Shown here one piece after another: positions 1-8,013 of a stretch of 47,968 bases of DNA. How positions within the stretch are numbered: position 1 is the first letter of the stretch; each line of letters opens with the position of its first letter. Origin of the DNA: a virus (Duplodnaviria > Caudoviricetes); the IMG/VR virus record IMGVR_UViG_3300009528_000017, positions 1 to 47,968 of that record; one strand, written 5' to 3'. The notes under the pieces are model-generated. The model saw only the letters and a list, made by a program, of their open reading frames with translations. It was not told the origin of the DNA and ran no database searches. The position numbers and the translations under genes are program-made.

Positions 1-263
1 AAGATACTTGGATTGAAATAAAAGGTCGTATGGAGGGTACAAGCAAAACAAAATTGTCCAGGTTTAAGAAATACTATCCAGACGAGTTTAGAAAATTGCA
101 GGTTATGATACTTGACCCATACGCAATGAAAAATAAAGCCCAGAGAAAGGCCATAAGATTCTTATCGAGGATTCTTAGTATGCCATTTGAAAGCTATATG
201 TTTGGTTATAGGCAACTCGATGAAAAGTGTAGAAGTATTATTCCAGGATGGGAAAAACGGTGA
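1..263 (+). CDS. 5'-truncated PD-(D/E)XK nuclease-like protein
   Basis: Frame is open from the window edge: DTWIEIKGRM... carries an E-x-K-G nuclease motif upstream of the track's ATG at 30. Confidence 0.55.
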   Translation, partial: DTWIEIKGRMEGTSKTKLSRFKKYYPDEFRKLQVMILDPYAMKNKAQRKAIRFLSRILSMPFESYMFGYRQLDEKCRSIIPGWEKR

Positions 264-338
264 TTTACGCAGGGCCGATATTCCACAAGCTCGGAATCAA
301 AGCCCCTGGCTGCCGCCCGATAGGGCAAGGAGAATGAG

Positions 339-542
339 ATGAGTAGAAGTGTTCAAGAGGAGATATTATCTGTCTTATGGTTTATTCTTGCACTGCTACT
401 TTGCAGATATGACTACAAGATATTAAGCATTTTAGCCCTTCTTAAGGGGATAGAGTGTACGGTATGTTCTCTTAGTCTCGCCCTTATAGCCGCAGTGAAG
501 AAATATAGAAAGAAGCTTGAGGCCCTAAAGCCAGGAGGCTGA
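339..542 (+). CDS. small hypothetical membrane protein
   Basis: RBS AGGAG; hydrophobic segments followed by a basic tail. Confidence 0.6.
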   Translation: MSRSVQEEILSVLWFILALLLCRYDYKILSILALLKGIECTVCSLSLALIAAVKKYRKKLEALKPGG

Positions 543-545
543 CAA

Positions 546-782
546 ATGACAGTACAAGAGATTATTACAAAGTGGCTTACGGACAAGGGCTATGAAGGTC
601 TATTTGCTCTTGACGAGTGCGGTTGTGAGGTTTCAGACTTAATGCCCTGCGGCGAATGGGTGGGAAATTGTGAGCCAGGCTATAAAGTGCCCTGCCCTGG
701 CGCTGAAGATTGTTGGGCTGGCGGGGATTGTGAGTTTCACATTGGAGCCAAAAAACCGGAGAATGACAAATGCCAAATATAA
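546..782 (+). CDS. Cys-rich hypothetical phage protein
   Basis: RBS GGAGG; CGC...PC...CEPGY pattern; packed in operon. Confidence 0.7.
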   Translation: MTVQEIITKWLTDKGYEGLFALDECGCEVSDLMPCGEWVGNCEPGYKVPCPGAEDCWAGGDCEFHIGAKKPENDKCQI

Positions 783-1132
783 CTGACGAACAACTACTTG
801 CCATACTCAAAATACCAACTCAAGAAGGGCAGATTAAGCGCCTGATTGAGTTAGGTTATACGGATTTGTTTGTTGAAAGAAAGTGTGGCAGAGACGGGAC
901 AACATACGAGGTACGTCAAGGCTCTCTTGAGGGCTTGGCGTTTCGATTGCGGGATGAAGCGTACACAATTGATGGTGGAGTTTGGTTCGGTCGAGGGATA
1001 TACAAAATAATCTATAAGGTCGAGGGCCACGATTTTAGTCTGAACGAGTATTTAGCTTGGTCAACGCTTAAAGCAAAGCCAATCGACTGGGTAATCGCCG
1101 CCTTGATGGCAAAGGAGCACGCGAAAGAATGA
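770..1132 (+). CDS. hypothetical protein
   Basis: 120-aa ORF, GGAG upstream, overlaps previous gene. Confidence 0.65.
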   Translation: MPNITDEQLLAILKIPTQEGQIKRLIELGYTDLFVERKCGRDGTTYEVRQGSLEGLAFRLRDEAYTIDGGVWFGRGIYKIIYKVEGHDFSLNEYLAWSTLKAKPIDWVIAALMAKEHAKE

Positions 1133-1160
1133 AACCTGTCGCTTTTTATAGGAGAATGAG

Positions 1161-1346
1161 ATGAGGGTTGTAGTTGAACGGGCAGAACGCTCGCCGAAGT
1201 TTGAGTGGGTGGTATTGCACAGAAATAATCAGCGGCTATGTGTTTCTGATAGACTTTATACTGAACGGTATCAAGCCGTCTCTGGCGCGAAGGCTTTTAT
1301 AAAACTCGTCAACAAGACCACAGGTTTGAAACTCGCTGTTGTTTGA
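1161..1346 (+). CDS. hypothetical protein
   Basis: RBS AGGAG; co-oriented ORF. Confidence 0.6.
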   Translation: MRVVVERAERSPKFEWVVLHRNNQRLCVSDRLYTERYQAVSGAKAFIKLVNKTTGLKLAVV

Positions 1347-1357
1347 AGGAGAATAAA

Positions 1358-1576
1358 ATGCAGGAACGAGATGGAACATTCACTCAATTATCGGAAACAG
1401 AAGTTGGCAATTTGCGTTTTTGGCAACAACCCAAAATGGTAAGTGTAGGCCAGGTATTCAAAATACGCTGGTGTCATTTTCAAATAACTGGGATTACAGA
1501 AAAGGGGATTGACGCGAAGGGAATATCTCGCAAAGAATACTACGCGCTGAAGCGAGGCCGACCAGATTGGTGCTGA
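1358..1576 (+). CDS. hypothetical protein
   Basis: AAGGAG precedes ATG at 1358, a better start than the track's 1343. Confidence 0.6.
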   Translation: MQERDGTFTQLSETEVGNLRFWQQPKMVSVGQVFKIRWCHFQITGITEKGIDAKGISRKEYYALKRGRPDWC

Positions 1577-1605
1577 TTGGAGCAAAGCCCTGACAGGAGA
1601 ATAAG

Positions 1606-1782
1606 ATGGCAGAAGTTGTAATAACTTACCTCAAAAACGGTTGTGGATTCAAGGCGCGTTGTTCAGCTTGCAAAACACTACTGAGATATGCTCACGGCTG
1701 TAACAGAGCAGGCATGGCCTACGCAGAAGCAGGCACAAAAGAGGATATGGAAAAACACATAAAAACATGCCCAGGAGAATAA
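1606..1782 (+). CDS. 58-aa zinc-finger-like hypothetical protein (not in ORF track)
   Basis: MAEVVITYLKNGCGFKARCSAC...HIKTC; RBS AGGAG. Confidence 0.6.
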   Translation: MAEVVITYLKNGCGFKARCSACKTLLRYAHGCNRAGMAYAEAGTKEDMEKHIKTCPGE

Positions 1783-1783
1783 G

Positions 1784-1999
1784 ATGAGCGAAGAACATAT
1801 CGAAGACGCCGATGTTATAGCTGACCTCTCCGGTGGTCGGCTTGCCGTTCAAGCATTTCGTAAGCGAATAGCTGATTTGCAAGCGGAGAACAAGCGGCTG
1901 AGAGAAATAATTGCGAGAGAAGTAGATGTTGGTCGAGCCGACGTAGATGACATTGGCATTGATGCGTGGATTGAGGCAGCCCTGAAAGCCACCCAATGA
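1784..1999 (+). CDS. coiled-coil hypothetical protein
   Basis: RBS AGGAG; IADLQAENKRLRE heptads. Confidence 0.65.
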   Translation: MSEEHIEDADVIADLSGGRLAVQAFRKRIADLQAENKRLREIIAREVDVGRADVDDIGIDAWIEAALKATQ

Positions 2000-2580
2000 C
2001 CCTGCCTATAAAAGAACGGATAATACTTGACCTCTGTGGGGGAACTGGCAGCTGGTCGAAGCCCTACAAGGACGCTGGGTACGATGTACGGCTTGTGACC
2101 CTGCCTGACCACGATGTTCGCACCTATGAGCCCCCTGGGAGCGTATATGGTATTCTGGCAGCTCCACCGTGTACTGAATTTTCCTTTGCTAAACATTTTC
2201 ACGGAAAAGGCAATTATCACCACGATTTCGCATTGGGTCTTGAAGTTGTCTGTGCCTGTTTAATGATTATTGCTGAGATACGGCCTGATTGGTGGTGCTT
2301 AGAAAATCCTCGCGGCTATGTGAAACGCTGGCTCGGCAAGCCGCAGGCAACGTTTGAGCCTTGGCAATACGGCGACAACTATCAGAAGCGGACTGATTTG
2401 TGGGGAAGGTTTAATATCCCGCCGCGGACTACGGTTAGAAAACCCAATGGGCTAAAAAAATTCTCATTGTTGAAGAACAGCGAAATTCAACCTGAATATC
2501 TCGAGCATTTAAGCCGGACAGAACGCAGAGCAATTACCCCCCCTGGCTTTGCTCAAGCATTTCACAAGGCCAATCGATGA
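1996..2580 (+). CDS. short C5 cytosine DNA methyltransferase
   Basis: Motif I LDLCGGTG, motif IV PPC, motif VI LENP; ATGA coupling on both sides. Confidence 0.85.
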   Translation: MTLPIKERIILDLCGGTGSWSKPYKDAGYDVRLVTLPDHDVRTYEPPGSVYGILAAPPCTEFSFAKHFHGKGNYHHDFALGLEVVCACLMIIAEIRPDWWCLENPRGYVKRWLGKPQATFEPWQYGDNYQKRTDLWGRFNIPPRTTVRKPNGLKKFSLLKNSEIQPEYLEHLSRTERRAITPPGFAQAFHKANR

Positions 2581-2795
2581 CCCTGCCTACCAATACAAAG
2601 ATAAGATTTTTCGGCCAGAAGATACTGATTGAATCGTCTGGCGACAAGGAGATTGACAAGGCCCTACGCTCCGCATTCGAGGACAGCTATTGGCGGACAG
2701 GGATAAGTGCGCGGCGCTTTGATGTGCAATTACTTCTCAATTGGACTTCTCAGCCCAAAGAGGCCTCTGCCTACCAATTAGCCCTTTTCCCTTGA
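2577..2795 (+). CDS. hypothetical protein
   Basis: ATGA overlap with the methyltransferase stop. Confidence 0.5.
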   Translation: MTLPTNTKIRFFGQKILIESSGDKEIDKALRSAFEDSYWRTGISARRFDVQLLLNWTSQPKEASAYQLALFP

Positions 2796-3089
2796 CCCCT
2801 TGAAGTTGGCAATGGCGGCTTCAACGAATGCAATATCATCAGGGTTTACAAGTTCGCGGGTCATTGCTAAGGCTGCCACTTCACACGCTTTTAGCAACTC
2901 CGACACTATCCCGTTTGGCTCAAAGGCGTTCCAGCGGCGGACGATTTCTTCGGCAGCAGATTCACATAGACCACCAATAACCTCGGTAAGCGAACCATCC
3001 TTGTTTTTGATGACTACTCCATAGCTGCCGTGTCCCATACCTTGGTCCTTGAAGGCGACGGCCCATTTCTGTTTTGTAAATTCGCTCAT
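2778..3089 (-). CDS. hypothetical phage protein
   Basis: AAGGAG upstream; ...IVRRWNAF...ELLKAC pattern typical of small phage early proteins. Confidence 0.7.
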   Translation of the reverse strand: MSEFTKQKWAVAFKDQGMGHGSYGVVIKNKDGSLTEVIGGLCESAAEEIVRRWNAFEPNGIVSELLKACEVAALAMTRELVNPDDIAFVEAAIANFKGSREKG

Positions 3090-3253
3090 CTTTCAATCTC
3101 CTTTTTCACTTTGTCACGGTCTGCAAACACTTCCGCTGGTATTTTGCTGTGGTGAATATCGTAGCACATTTTGGTCTTATGGCACACTTCGCAAGGCCCG
3201 TAGGACTCACACGCCAGAGCCTTGTGGCCCAAACATTCTTGGCAAATGAACAT
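3086..3253 (-). CDS. 55-aa Cys-rich protein (not in ORF track)
   Basis: MFICQEC...SYGPCEVC...; AAGGGG RBS; ATGA overlap with downstream gene. Confidence 0.65.
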   Translation of the reverse strand: MFICQECLGHKALACESYGPCEVCHKTKMCYDIHHSKIPAEVFADRDKVKKEIER

Positions 3254-3390
3254 ATTAGTCCCCTTTCAATCTGTATCACAAATTCACACTTTTGGCCTGT
3301 TTGGTCATATCAGCCCGTTATCAGCTATCGCCAAGGCCCCAGGATGCTCTGTGCTGGACGAACGGCCCTCGGTCTATGGTAAACCCTACC

Positions 3391-3675
3391 CTATTTCGCA
3401 GAATCGAGAATGCTGTCATTGAAGTGAATATCAAAATCAGTTTGCATCAATTCTGCTATTAACTGCCATTTTAGTTTCTGATAACCAGCCGCTCTGCCAG
3501 TAAGTTTAAGCTGTATAGCTAAAGCTAATTGAGCAGGACCGCTTCCGCCATATCCCCAATTAAAACCATCAGGGGAATGGTTGTAAATATCTTGGCTTGG
3601 GCCAGGGGGCAACCACTTGCCGTCAAGCCATACAGCCCTATCAGACATTCTACCTTTTAATGTATGAATCATCAT
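3391..3675 (-). CDS. DUF6166-like protein
   Basis: NHSPDGFNWGYGGSGPAQLALAI signature; RBS AAGGAG. Confidence 0.8.
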   Translation of the reverse strand: MMIHTLKGRMSDRAVWLDGKWLPPGPSQDIYNHSPDGFNWGYGGSGPAQLALAIQLKLTGRAAGYQKLKWQLIAELMQTDFDIHFNDSILDSAK

Positions 3676-3710
3676 TCTCCTTTCAAAGCCCCAAGACTGC
3701 CGGGGGGCAG

Positions 3711-3887
3711 TTATAATTTAGGTTGCCTTCTTGATTCGGTATAATCCTTACAAAAAGAACCGTCTATAACATCTCTGGGTTCGCGATGTTCAGTGGCTTC
3801 TATTTTACACCAAGCCTTGTCTCCATATACGCCAGAGTCAATCCAATCAAGATGTGAGCAGCGGACACAAAAACATTCGCCTGCCAT
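3711..3887 (-). CDS. 58-aa Cys-rich protein (not in ORF track)
   Basis: MAGECFCVRCSH...WC...FCKDY; RBS AGGAG. Confidence 0.65.
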   Translation of the reverse strand: MAGECFCVRCSHLDWIDSGVYGDKAWCKIEATEHREPRDVIDGSFCKDYTESRRQPKL

Positions 3888-4012
3888 TGTTCTATCTCCT
3901 AAAAGACAGCCCCGCCGGCCTCGCTCGGAGCTCTGGTAAGCAGAGGTTGAGACCTTTGGGGCTGATTGATTCGTTTCGGGTTGTGCCTACCAGAGCATTC
4001 ATTTCAATTACA

Positions 4013-4040
4013 ATCCTATCATATATCGGCAGGAAGTCAA
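4013..4040 (-). promoter_or_regulatory. sigma70-type promoter for the leftward operon
   Basis: TTGACT-16 nt-TAGGAT with an extended -10 TG. Confidence 0.55.
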
Positions 4041-4206
4041 AATAAATCTTGAGAATACGAAGTTTTTTTTGAGGGCATAACAGACGCCAGGATAAGCACT
4101 TACAAAAACCAAGGTAGGATATTCGGAATAAAATCTTGAGTTGTCGCACGGATACTCGTATAGAATGGAGTATGAGAACAGGGATGTTCTACAGAATGAT
4201 AGCAAC

Positions 4207-4260
4207 GCGGTCAGTCTTACTCAGCTAACCACTGAAACCAAGGCTGGCCGCTTGTTTTTT
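4207..4260 (+). terminator. hairpin with T-tract
   Basis: GCGGTCAGTCTT (4207-4218) pairs with AAGGCTGGCCGC (4240-4251), then TTGTTTTTT. Confidence 0.55.
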
Positions 4261-4637
4261 GGTCGGGGAAGCCGAAGGAACTCCCGTAAGCCGAATCGGC
4301 CGAAGACAATTGATTATGGTATGGCTACACAATATCGAGTCCGGGCGTGGCAAGTATGAAAGTCCACAGGGCAAGTGAGCGAGGATAGAGTTAATTACTC
4401 TATGCAAATTGGTTACGTGGTTAGAGGCGTGTAGAGAGCGAACCCCCAGCACGCTCCGTCCAACAGGACGCCTGGGCTATACCTTGCAAGGGATTGCTCC
4501 ACATAAAAAAAGCAATAAATGGGCTAAACGGTATAGGGCAATTGACCGACCGACGCCTGACGCAGGCAGAAGTCTCCATAGCAGGGGGCTTCTCTCTCTC
4601 CCTCTGCCCTCTACAGGTAGGGGGGAAAGGATAAAGA

Positions 4638-5120
4638 ATGGCTGAAACAGATTGGCAGAAAGGCTTATGTAAGGGCTTAATAAATAAACAGTTTAAGCGC
4701 AAGTATGGGGTTATAACAAAAAGGGGGATTGCGCGTGCCCAGAAAATCGTGGCAAAACCGTGGAAGACCAAAAAGCAGCGTCAGCAATGGTGGAATGATT
4801 TAACCCCTGAGCAGCAAGCGGAGCAAATAGAAAAGTGGCAAGCCCAAAAGGCGGACAAGCGGAGAAACGGCTCGATTCAGAAGATGGCTCGAGTTAAGGA
4901 GAAGTTCGATTGCGGGGACTGTTTTCACCGCTGGACTCGTAGCTGTGTAGATATGATGCCGAATGGTTGCGAATACTGGTTTAATCCCACCAGCAAACTG
5001 AGGCCGTTAAGGCGACACAATGCGAAATACCCGTGGGTAACTGATGGGGTAAATGATGAGAATAGGGTAGATTGGCGGGCGGTAATAAACAAGAAGAATC
5101 CGTGGTTGAAAGTAGCTTAA
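4638..5120 (+). CDS. basic hypothetical protein with a Cys cluster
   Basis: 160-aa Lys/Arg-rich ORF, CGDC...C...C; AAGGA RBS. Confidence 0.7.
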   Translation: MAETDWQKGLCKGLINKQFKRKYGVITKRGIARAQKIVAKPWKTKKQRQQWWNDLTPEQQAEQIEKWQAQKADKRRNGSIQKMARVKEKFDCGDCFHRWTRSCVDMMPNGCEYWFNPTSKLRPLRRHNAKYPWVTDGVNDENRVDWRAVINKKNPWLKVA

Positions 5121-5169
5121 CCACGCTTTTCAGGTGAAAAATGAAGATTTCTAATTAGCATCCATGCCG

Positions 5170-5212
5170 AGTGAGTCGGTTATGTGCATTAGCACCAGCT
5201 GGCTCACTTTTT
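5170..5212 (+). terminator. hairpin with T-tract upstream of the tRNA
   Basis: AGTGAGTCGGTT / AGCTGGCTCACT stem followed by TTTT. Confidence 0.45.
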
Positions 5213-5231
5213 GAATTGTGTAGATAACGCA

Positions 5232-5305
5232 CAGGATGTAGGGCAATTTGGTAGCCTACTCGGCTTGGAACCGAGATGTTGCTGGTTCGAGTCCAGCCAT
5301 CCTGA
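5232..5305 (+). tRNA. tRNA-Pro (anticodon UGG), CCA not encoded
   Basis: Cloverleaf: acceptor CAGGATG/CATCCTG, D-stem GGGC/GCCT, anticodon arm CTCGG-CTTGGAA-CCGAG, T-arm GCTGG-TTCGAGT-CCAGC; C1:G72 and A73 as in bacterial tRNA-Pro. Confidence 0.95.
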
Positions 5306-5407
5306 TAGTAGTCAGTTTATCCGTTGAGCTACGGGAATTCCGGTGCCAGCCAAAATGGTGAAATAGTGAGGCTTAATCGATTTCGAATGGGATTTGTTGG
5401 GTGAAAA

Positions 5408-5602
5408 ATGAAAGAGTTTGAGAAATGGTGGAGAAAATCTGTTCAAGTATATATTCATAATCCAAAAGATAAAGAAATACTTAAATGTGGTTGGAAAGCA
5501 GCCTTGGAGTGGGTTCTGGATGAGGGTAAGGTGGCTTGTGACCCGGACATAATTGAGGCAGAACTGAAAAATGATGCTCCAAATACAGATACGTTGGACT
5601 AA
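5408..5602 (+). CDS. hypothetical phage protein
   Basis: MKEFEKWW...GWKAALEW pattern. Confidence 0.65.
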   Translation: MKEFEKWWRKSVQVYIHNPKDKEILKCGWKAALEWVLDEGKVACDPDIIEAELKNDAPNTDTLD

Positions 5603-5661
5603 TTTGAAGGTGTGGCTCTCGCGTCTGCGTTGGTGGTGGGGCCACGGGAGGTACTTTTGAG

Positions 5662-5907
5662 ATGAGCGTTGGTGGCATAGTTATAGAGGTACGCGAGGTT
5701 GGAGACGCGTTGCGAGTCATTGTTCAAGATACGACATACCGTGATAAAACTGAGGTCTGCTTAGAAAAGGGAGAGGATATACAATTTGGCGACAGTTTGT
5801 GGTGGCACGCTTTTGAAGCATATTGGACGCCGGTTGACAGGCATGTTGAGGATAAAGCAATTAAGAAAATTGGCGGTTCTGTAGGTGTAAAGGTGTTGAA
5901 TGCCTGA
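5662..5907 (+). CDS. hypothetical protein
   Basis: GGAGG RBS, 81 aa. Confidence 0.65.
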   Translation: MSVGGIVIEVREVGDALRVIVQDTTYRDKTEVCLEKGEDIQFGDSLWWHAFEAYWTPVDRHVEDKAIKKIGGSVGVKVLNA

Positions 5908-5949
5908 TGATAATGGAAATACCTTTTAGCTTTTGTAACGGCACTAAAA

Positions 5950-6177
5950 ATGGCTGAATCAGCGACAATAATGGCAGCAAGCACTACAGCGACGCAGAGG
6001 GGTCGAATGGTAACGCTGGAGAGTTTACGGAAGATGCTCAGTAGCCTACCAGAGCCGGCAAGTGTTTACGCTATGGATTTCAAGGTGTTTCAGGTCTTGC
6101 CGAGCAACGTACTGCCAAACAATACGATAATAGTGAGTATGGATTTAGCAGAGAGACTGGGTTGGTTTGATGTCTGA
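5950..6177 (+). CDS. hypothetical protein
   Basis: Co-oriented ORF in a packed operon. Confidence 0.5.
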   Translation: MAESATIMAASTTATQRGRMVTLESLRKMLSSLPEPASVYAMDFKVFQVLPSNVLPNNTIIVSMDLAERLGWFDV

Positions 6178-6391
6178 CGGCAACGAGAACAACAGCGCGC
6201 CAAACGTGAACATTGAGCATGTGGAGGCGATAGAAGGCTGTGTAATTCAGGCCACACAGCATTTGATGATGATTCAGGTTGAGAACAATCCCCGCTTCAT
6301 ACCACAGAGAGTATCGAGGCATAAGGTGAGGGCCGCCTTGAAGCAATTGAAGCAAATAGGCCTTGTCGAGCTTAGGAAAGCGTTTCAATGA
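6170..6391 (+). CDS. hypothetical protein
   Basis: Co-oriented ORF overlapping the upstream stop. Confidence 0.5.
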   Translation: MSDGNENNSAPNVNIEHVEAIEGCVIQATQHLMMIQVENNPRFIPQRVSRHKVRAALKQLKQIGLVELRKAFQ

Positions 6392-6407
6392 GCGGGAAGG
6401 ACGAGAA

Positions 6408-6671
6408 ATGAAAATACAGGTCGCAGCAATAACAGACGAGGAAGCCCGTTTCGAGAACACGGAGCCAGTTGTAATGAGGTGGTATTTAGCTTTCGAGACG
6501 CTTGATGAGGCTGAAGCCGTCAAGGCGTTTCTTGAGGAAGTGTTAACAATGAGAGCAAGTGTTGATAATGAGGATGTACGCGGGATTAAGGCCGCGTTTG
6601 GGGTTGGCGATGAGGACACAGTAAGGGAGCCATTCAAGGCTTCGTACACAGATGAAGTAAAGAGGGCATAA
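6408..6671 (+). CDS. hypothetical protein
   Basis: AAGGA precedes ATG at 6408 (MKIQVAA). Confidence 0.55.
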   Translation: MKIQVAAITDEEARFENTEPVVMRWYLAFETLDEAEAVKAFLEEVLTMRASVDNEDVRGIKAAFGVGDEDTVREPFKASYTDEVKRA

Positions 6672-6674
6672 CTT

Positions 6675-7358
6675 ATGAAAGCTAAACTATTTATCGCGTG
6701 CGTATTTGTATTGTGGCTACCGAGCTGTAATATGCTGCCAAACGAGCGGGTGGCCGTGCTTGAGGAGATGTTAGTCCGGGCTGAAGCAATCAGTACGGAG
6801 CTTGACAATCGGCTCGCGGACGTTGAGACAGTAGCGCTTGAGGCCCAAACGGCTATTGCTGATGTGAACCTACCCGCTGAACAGAAGGCAGAAATGCTCA
6901 AGATTGTGGACGAGTCCTTGGCTCAAATCAAGAAAATATCAGCCATAAGGGGCGAATACACGGCCAAAATCACTAACTTGAGGGCCAAGATAGAAGTTGC
7001 GAAAGTTGACGGTGTGTCTTTCGGAGAAGAATTACAGTTGTACGCAGAGGGATTACAGAGCGTGGCCGGCAAGATACCAGGGGTTGGTAGCTACGTCACA
7101 ATAGGCAGTATGATATTGGCCGTGATAGGAGGTGTTATAGCTCGTAGGCGTAGCCAACAGCGAGATATTGTCGTAGCTGAGCGCGATGAAGTTATAGGCC
7201 AACGCAACGAGGCTGAGAACGCAGTAGAGGGCGTTGTGCGCTCTGTGGATAGGCTTTTGGCCTCTGATGCGGTAAAGGACCCGAAAGCCGCTAAGCAAGT
7301 GCTCAAAGACGCGCAGGACTCCGATGTGAGGATAGTTGTGGACACGATAAGGGGATAG
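6675..7358 (+). CDS. lipoprotein with coiled coil and internal transmembrane helix (candidate unimolecular spanin)
   Basis: Signal peptide ending in lipobox-like LPSC; helical heptads; TM YVTIGSMILAVIGGVIA followed by RRR. Confidence 0.55.
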   Translation: MKAKLFIACVFVLWLPSCNMLPNERVAVLEEMLVRAEAISTELDNRLADVETVALEAQTAIADVNLPAEQKAEMLKIVDESLAQIKKISAIRGEYTAKITNLRAKIEVAKVDGVSFGEELQLYAEGLQSVAGKIPGVGSYVTIGSMILAVIGGVIARRRSQQRDIVVAERDEVIGQRNEAENAVEGVVRSVDRLLASDAVKDPKAAKQVLKDAQDSDVRIVVDTIRG

Positions 7359-7359
7359 T

Positions 7360-7533
7360 ATGGGAATCGCAAGGATATTAGGCAAGATAGTAGCTGCTCC
7401 GATTAGGGTTGCAGATATACCCTTCAGGGTAATGAGGGAGTTGATGGATGACCCTGACCCCGAACAAGGAGCTTTGGCTGATGTAGCGAAGGCGGTTGAG
7501 AAGGGCGTTGAGGGAGCCTTGGAGGATAAATAA
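7360..7533 (+). CDS. 57-aa hypothetical protein (not in ORF track)
   Basis: MGIARILGKIVAAPIRVADIPF...; AAGGGG RBS; exactly fills the gap. Confidence 0.6.
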   Translation: MGIARILGKIVAAPIRVADIPFRVMRELMDDPDPEQGALADVAKAVEKGVEGALEDK

Positions 7534-7833
7534 ATGCCATTGTGTACCAAACACAAAGATTCTCACGCCCCGATGTGTGTGATGTGTGTAGTCGGCGAGC
7601 GCGACGCCGCGATTGAGGAGAACGAGCGGTTAGAACAAAAGAACAGAGATTTACAGGCTTGCCACGAATCTGAGTTAGGCGTGTGTTTTCAACATTGCGA
7701 AGAAGTTAAGGGACTGACACAGGCGTTGAATCGCATAGACGCTTTGACTCTTGACCGCAATGTAATGGCGGTGGTTGAGATTAAGGATATAGTTCAGCAA
7801 GCCCTAAAGGGCGTCAAGAACGGGAAGGGATAG
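7534..7833 (+). CDS. coiled-coil hypothetical protein
   Basis: GGAGG RBS; Cys/His N-terminus and heptads. Confidence 0.65.
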   Translation: MPLCTKHKDSHAPMCVMCVVGERDAAIEENERLEQKNRDLQACHESELGVCFQHCEEVKGLTQALNRIDALTLDRNVMAVVEIKDIVQQALKGVKNGKG

Positions 7834-8013
7834 ATGACAGGAGATTGTGAAAAGTGTCGTTGGTGTGTTAAACTTAGTAGGTTTCTGGGGCGATGTCGCA
7901 AGAAACCACCAATAGCCCATATTGATAAACCACACGATGCGTATTGGCCGAGAGTGGATTTAGCGGACTGTTGTGGGAGCTACCTTGAAAAACCAGAGGT
8001 AGGCAAGGGATAA
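7834..8013 (+). CDS. 59-aa four-Cys protein (not in ORF track)
   Basis: CEKC...GRCRKKPP...WPRV...DCCG. Confidence 0.65.
   Translation: MTGDCEKCRWCVKLSRFLGRCRKKPPIAHIDKPHDAYWPRVDLADCCGSYLEKPEVGKG

Noticed and set aside
4136-4166. Rightward sigma70 promoter (TTGAGT or TTGTCG with TAGAAT)
   Set aside because: Spacing is 19 or 14 nt, so it is too weak to call
4330-4385. RNase P RNA-like words (GAAAGTCC, GAGTCCGGGC)
   Set aside because: Only short matches; the other conserved RNase P regions were not found
6080-6901. 273-aa minus-strand ORF, and similar long minus ORFs such as 19818-20588
   Set aside because: They overlap well-supported + strand genes and have shadow-like composition with no motifs
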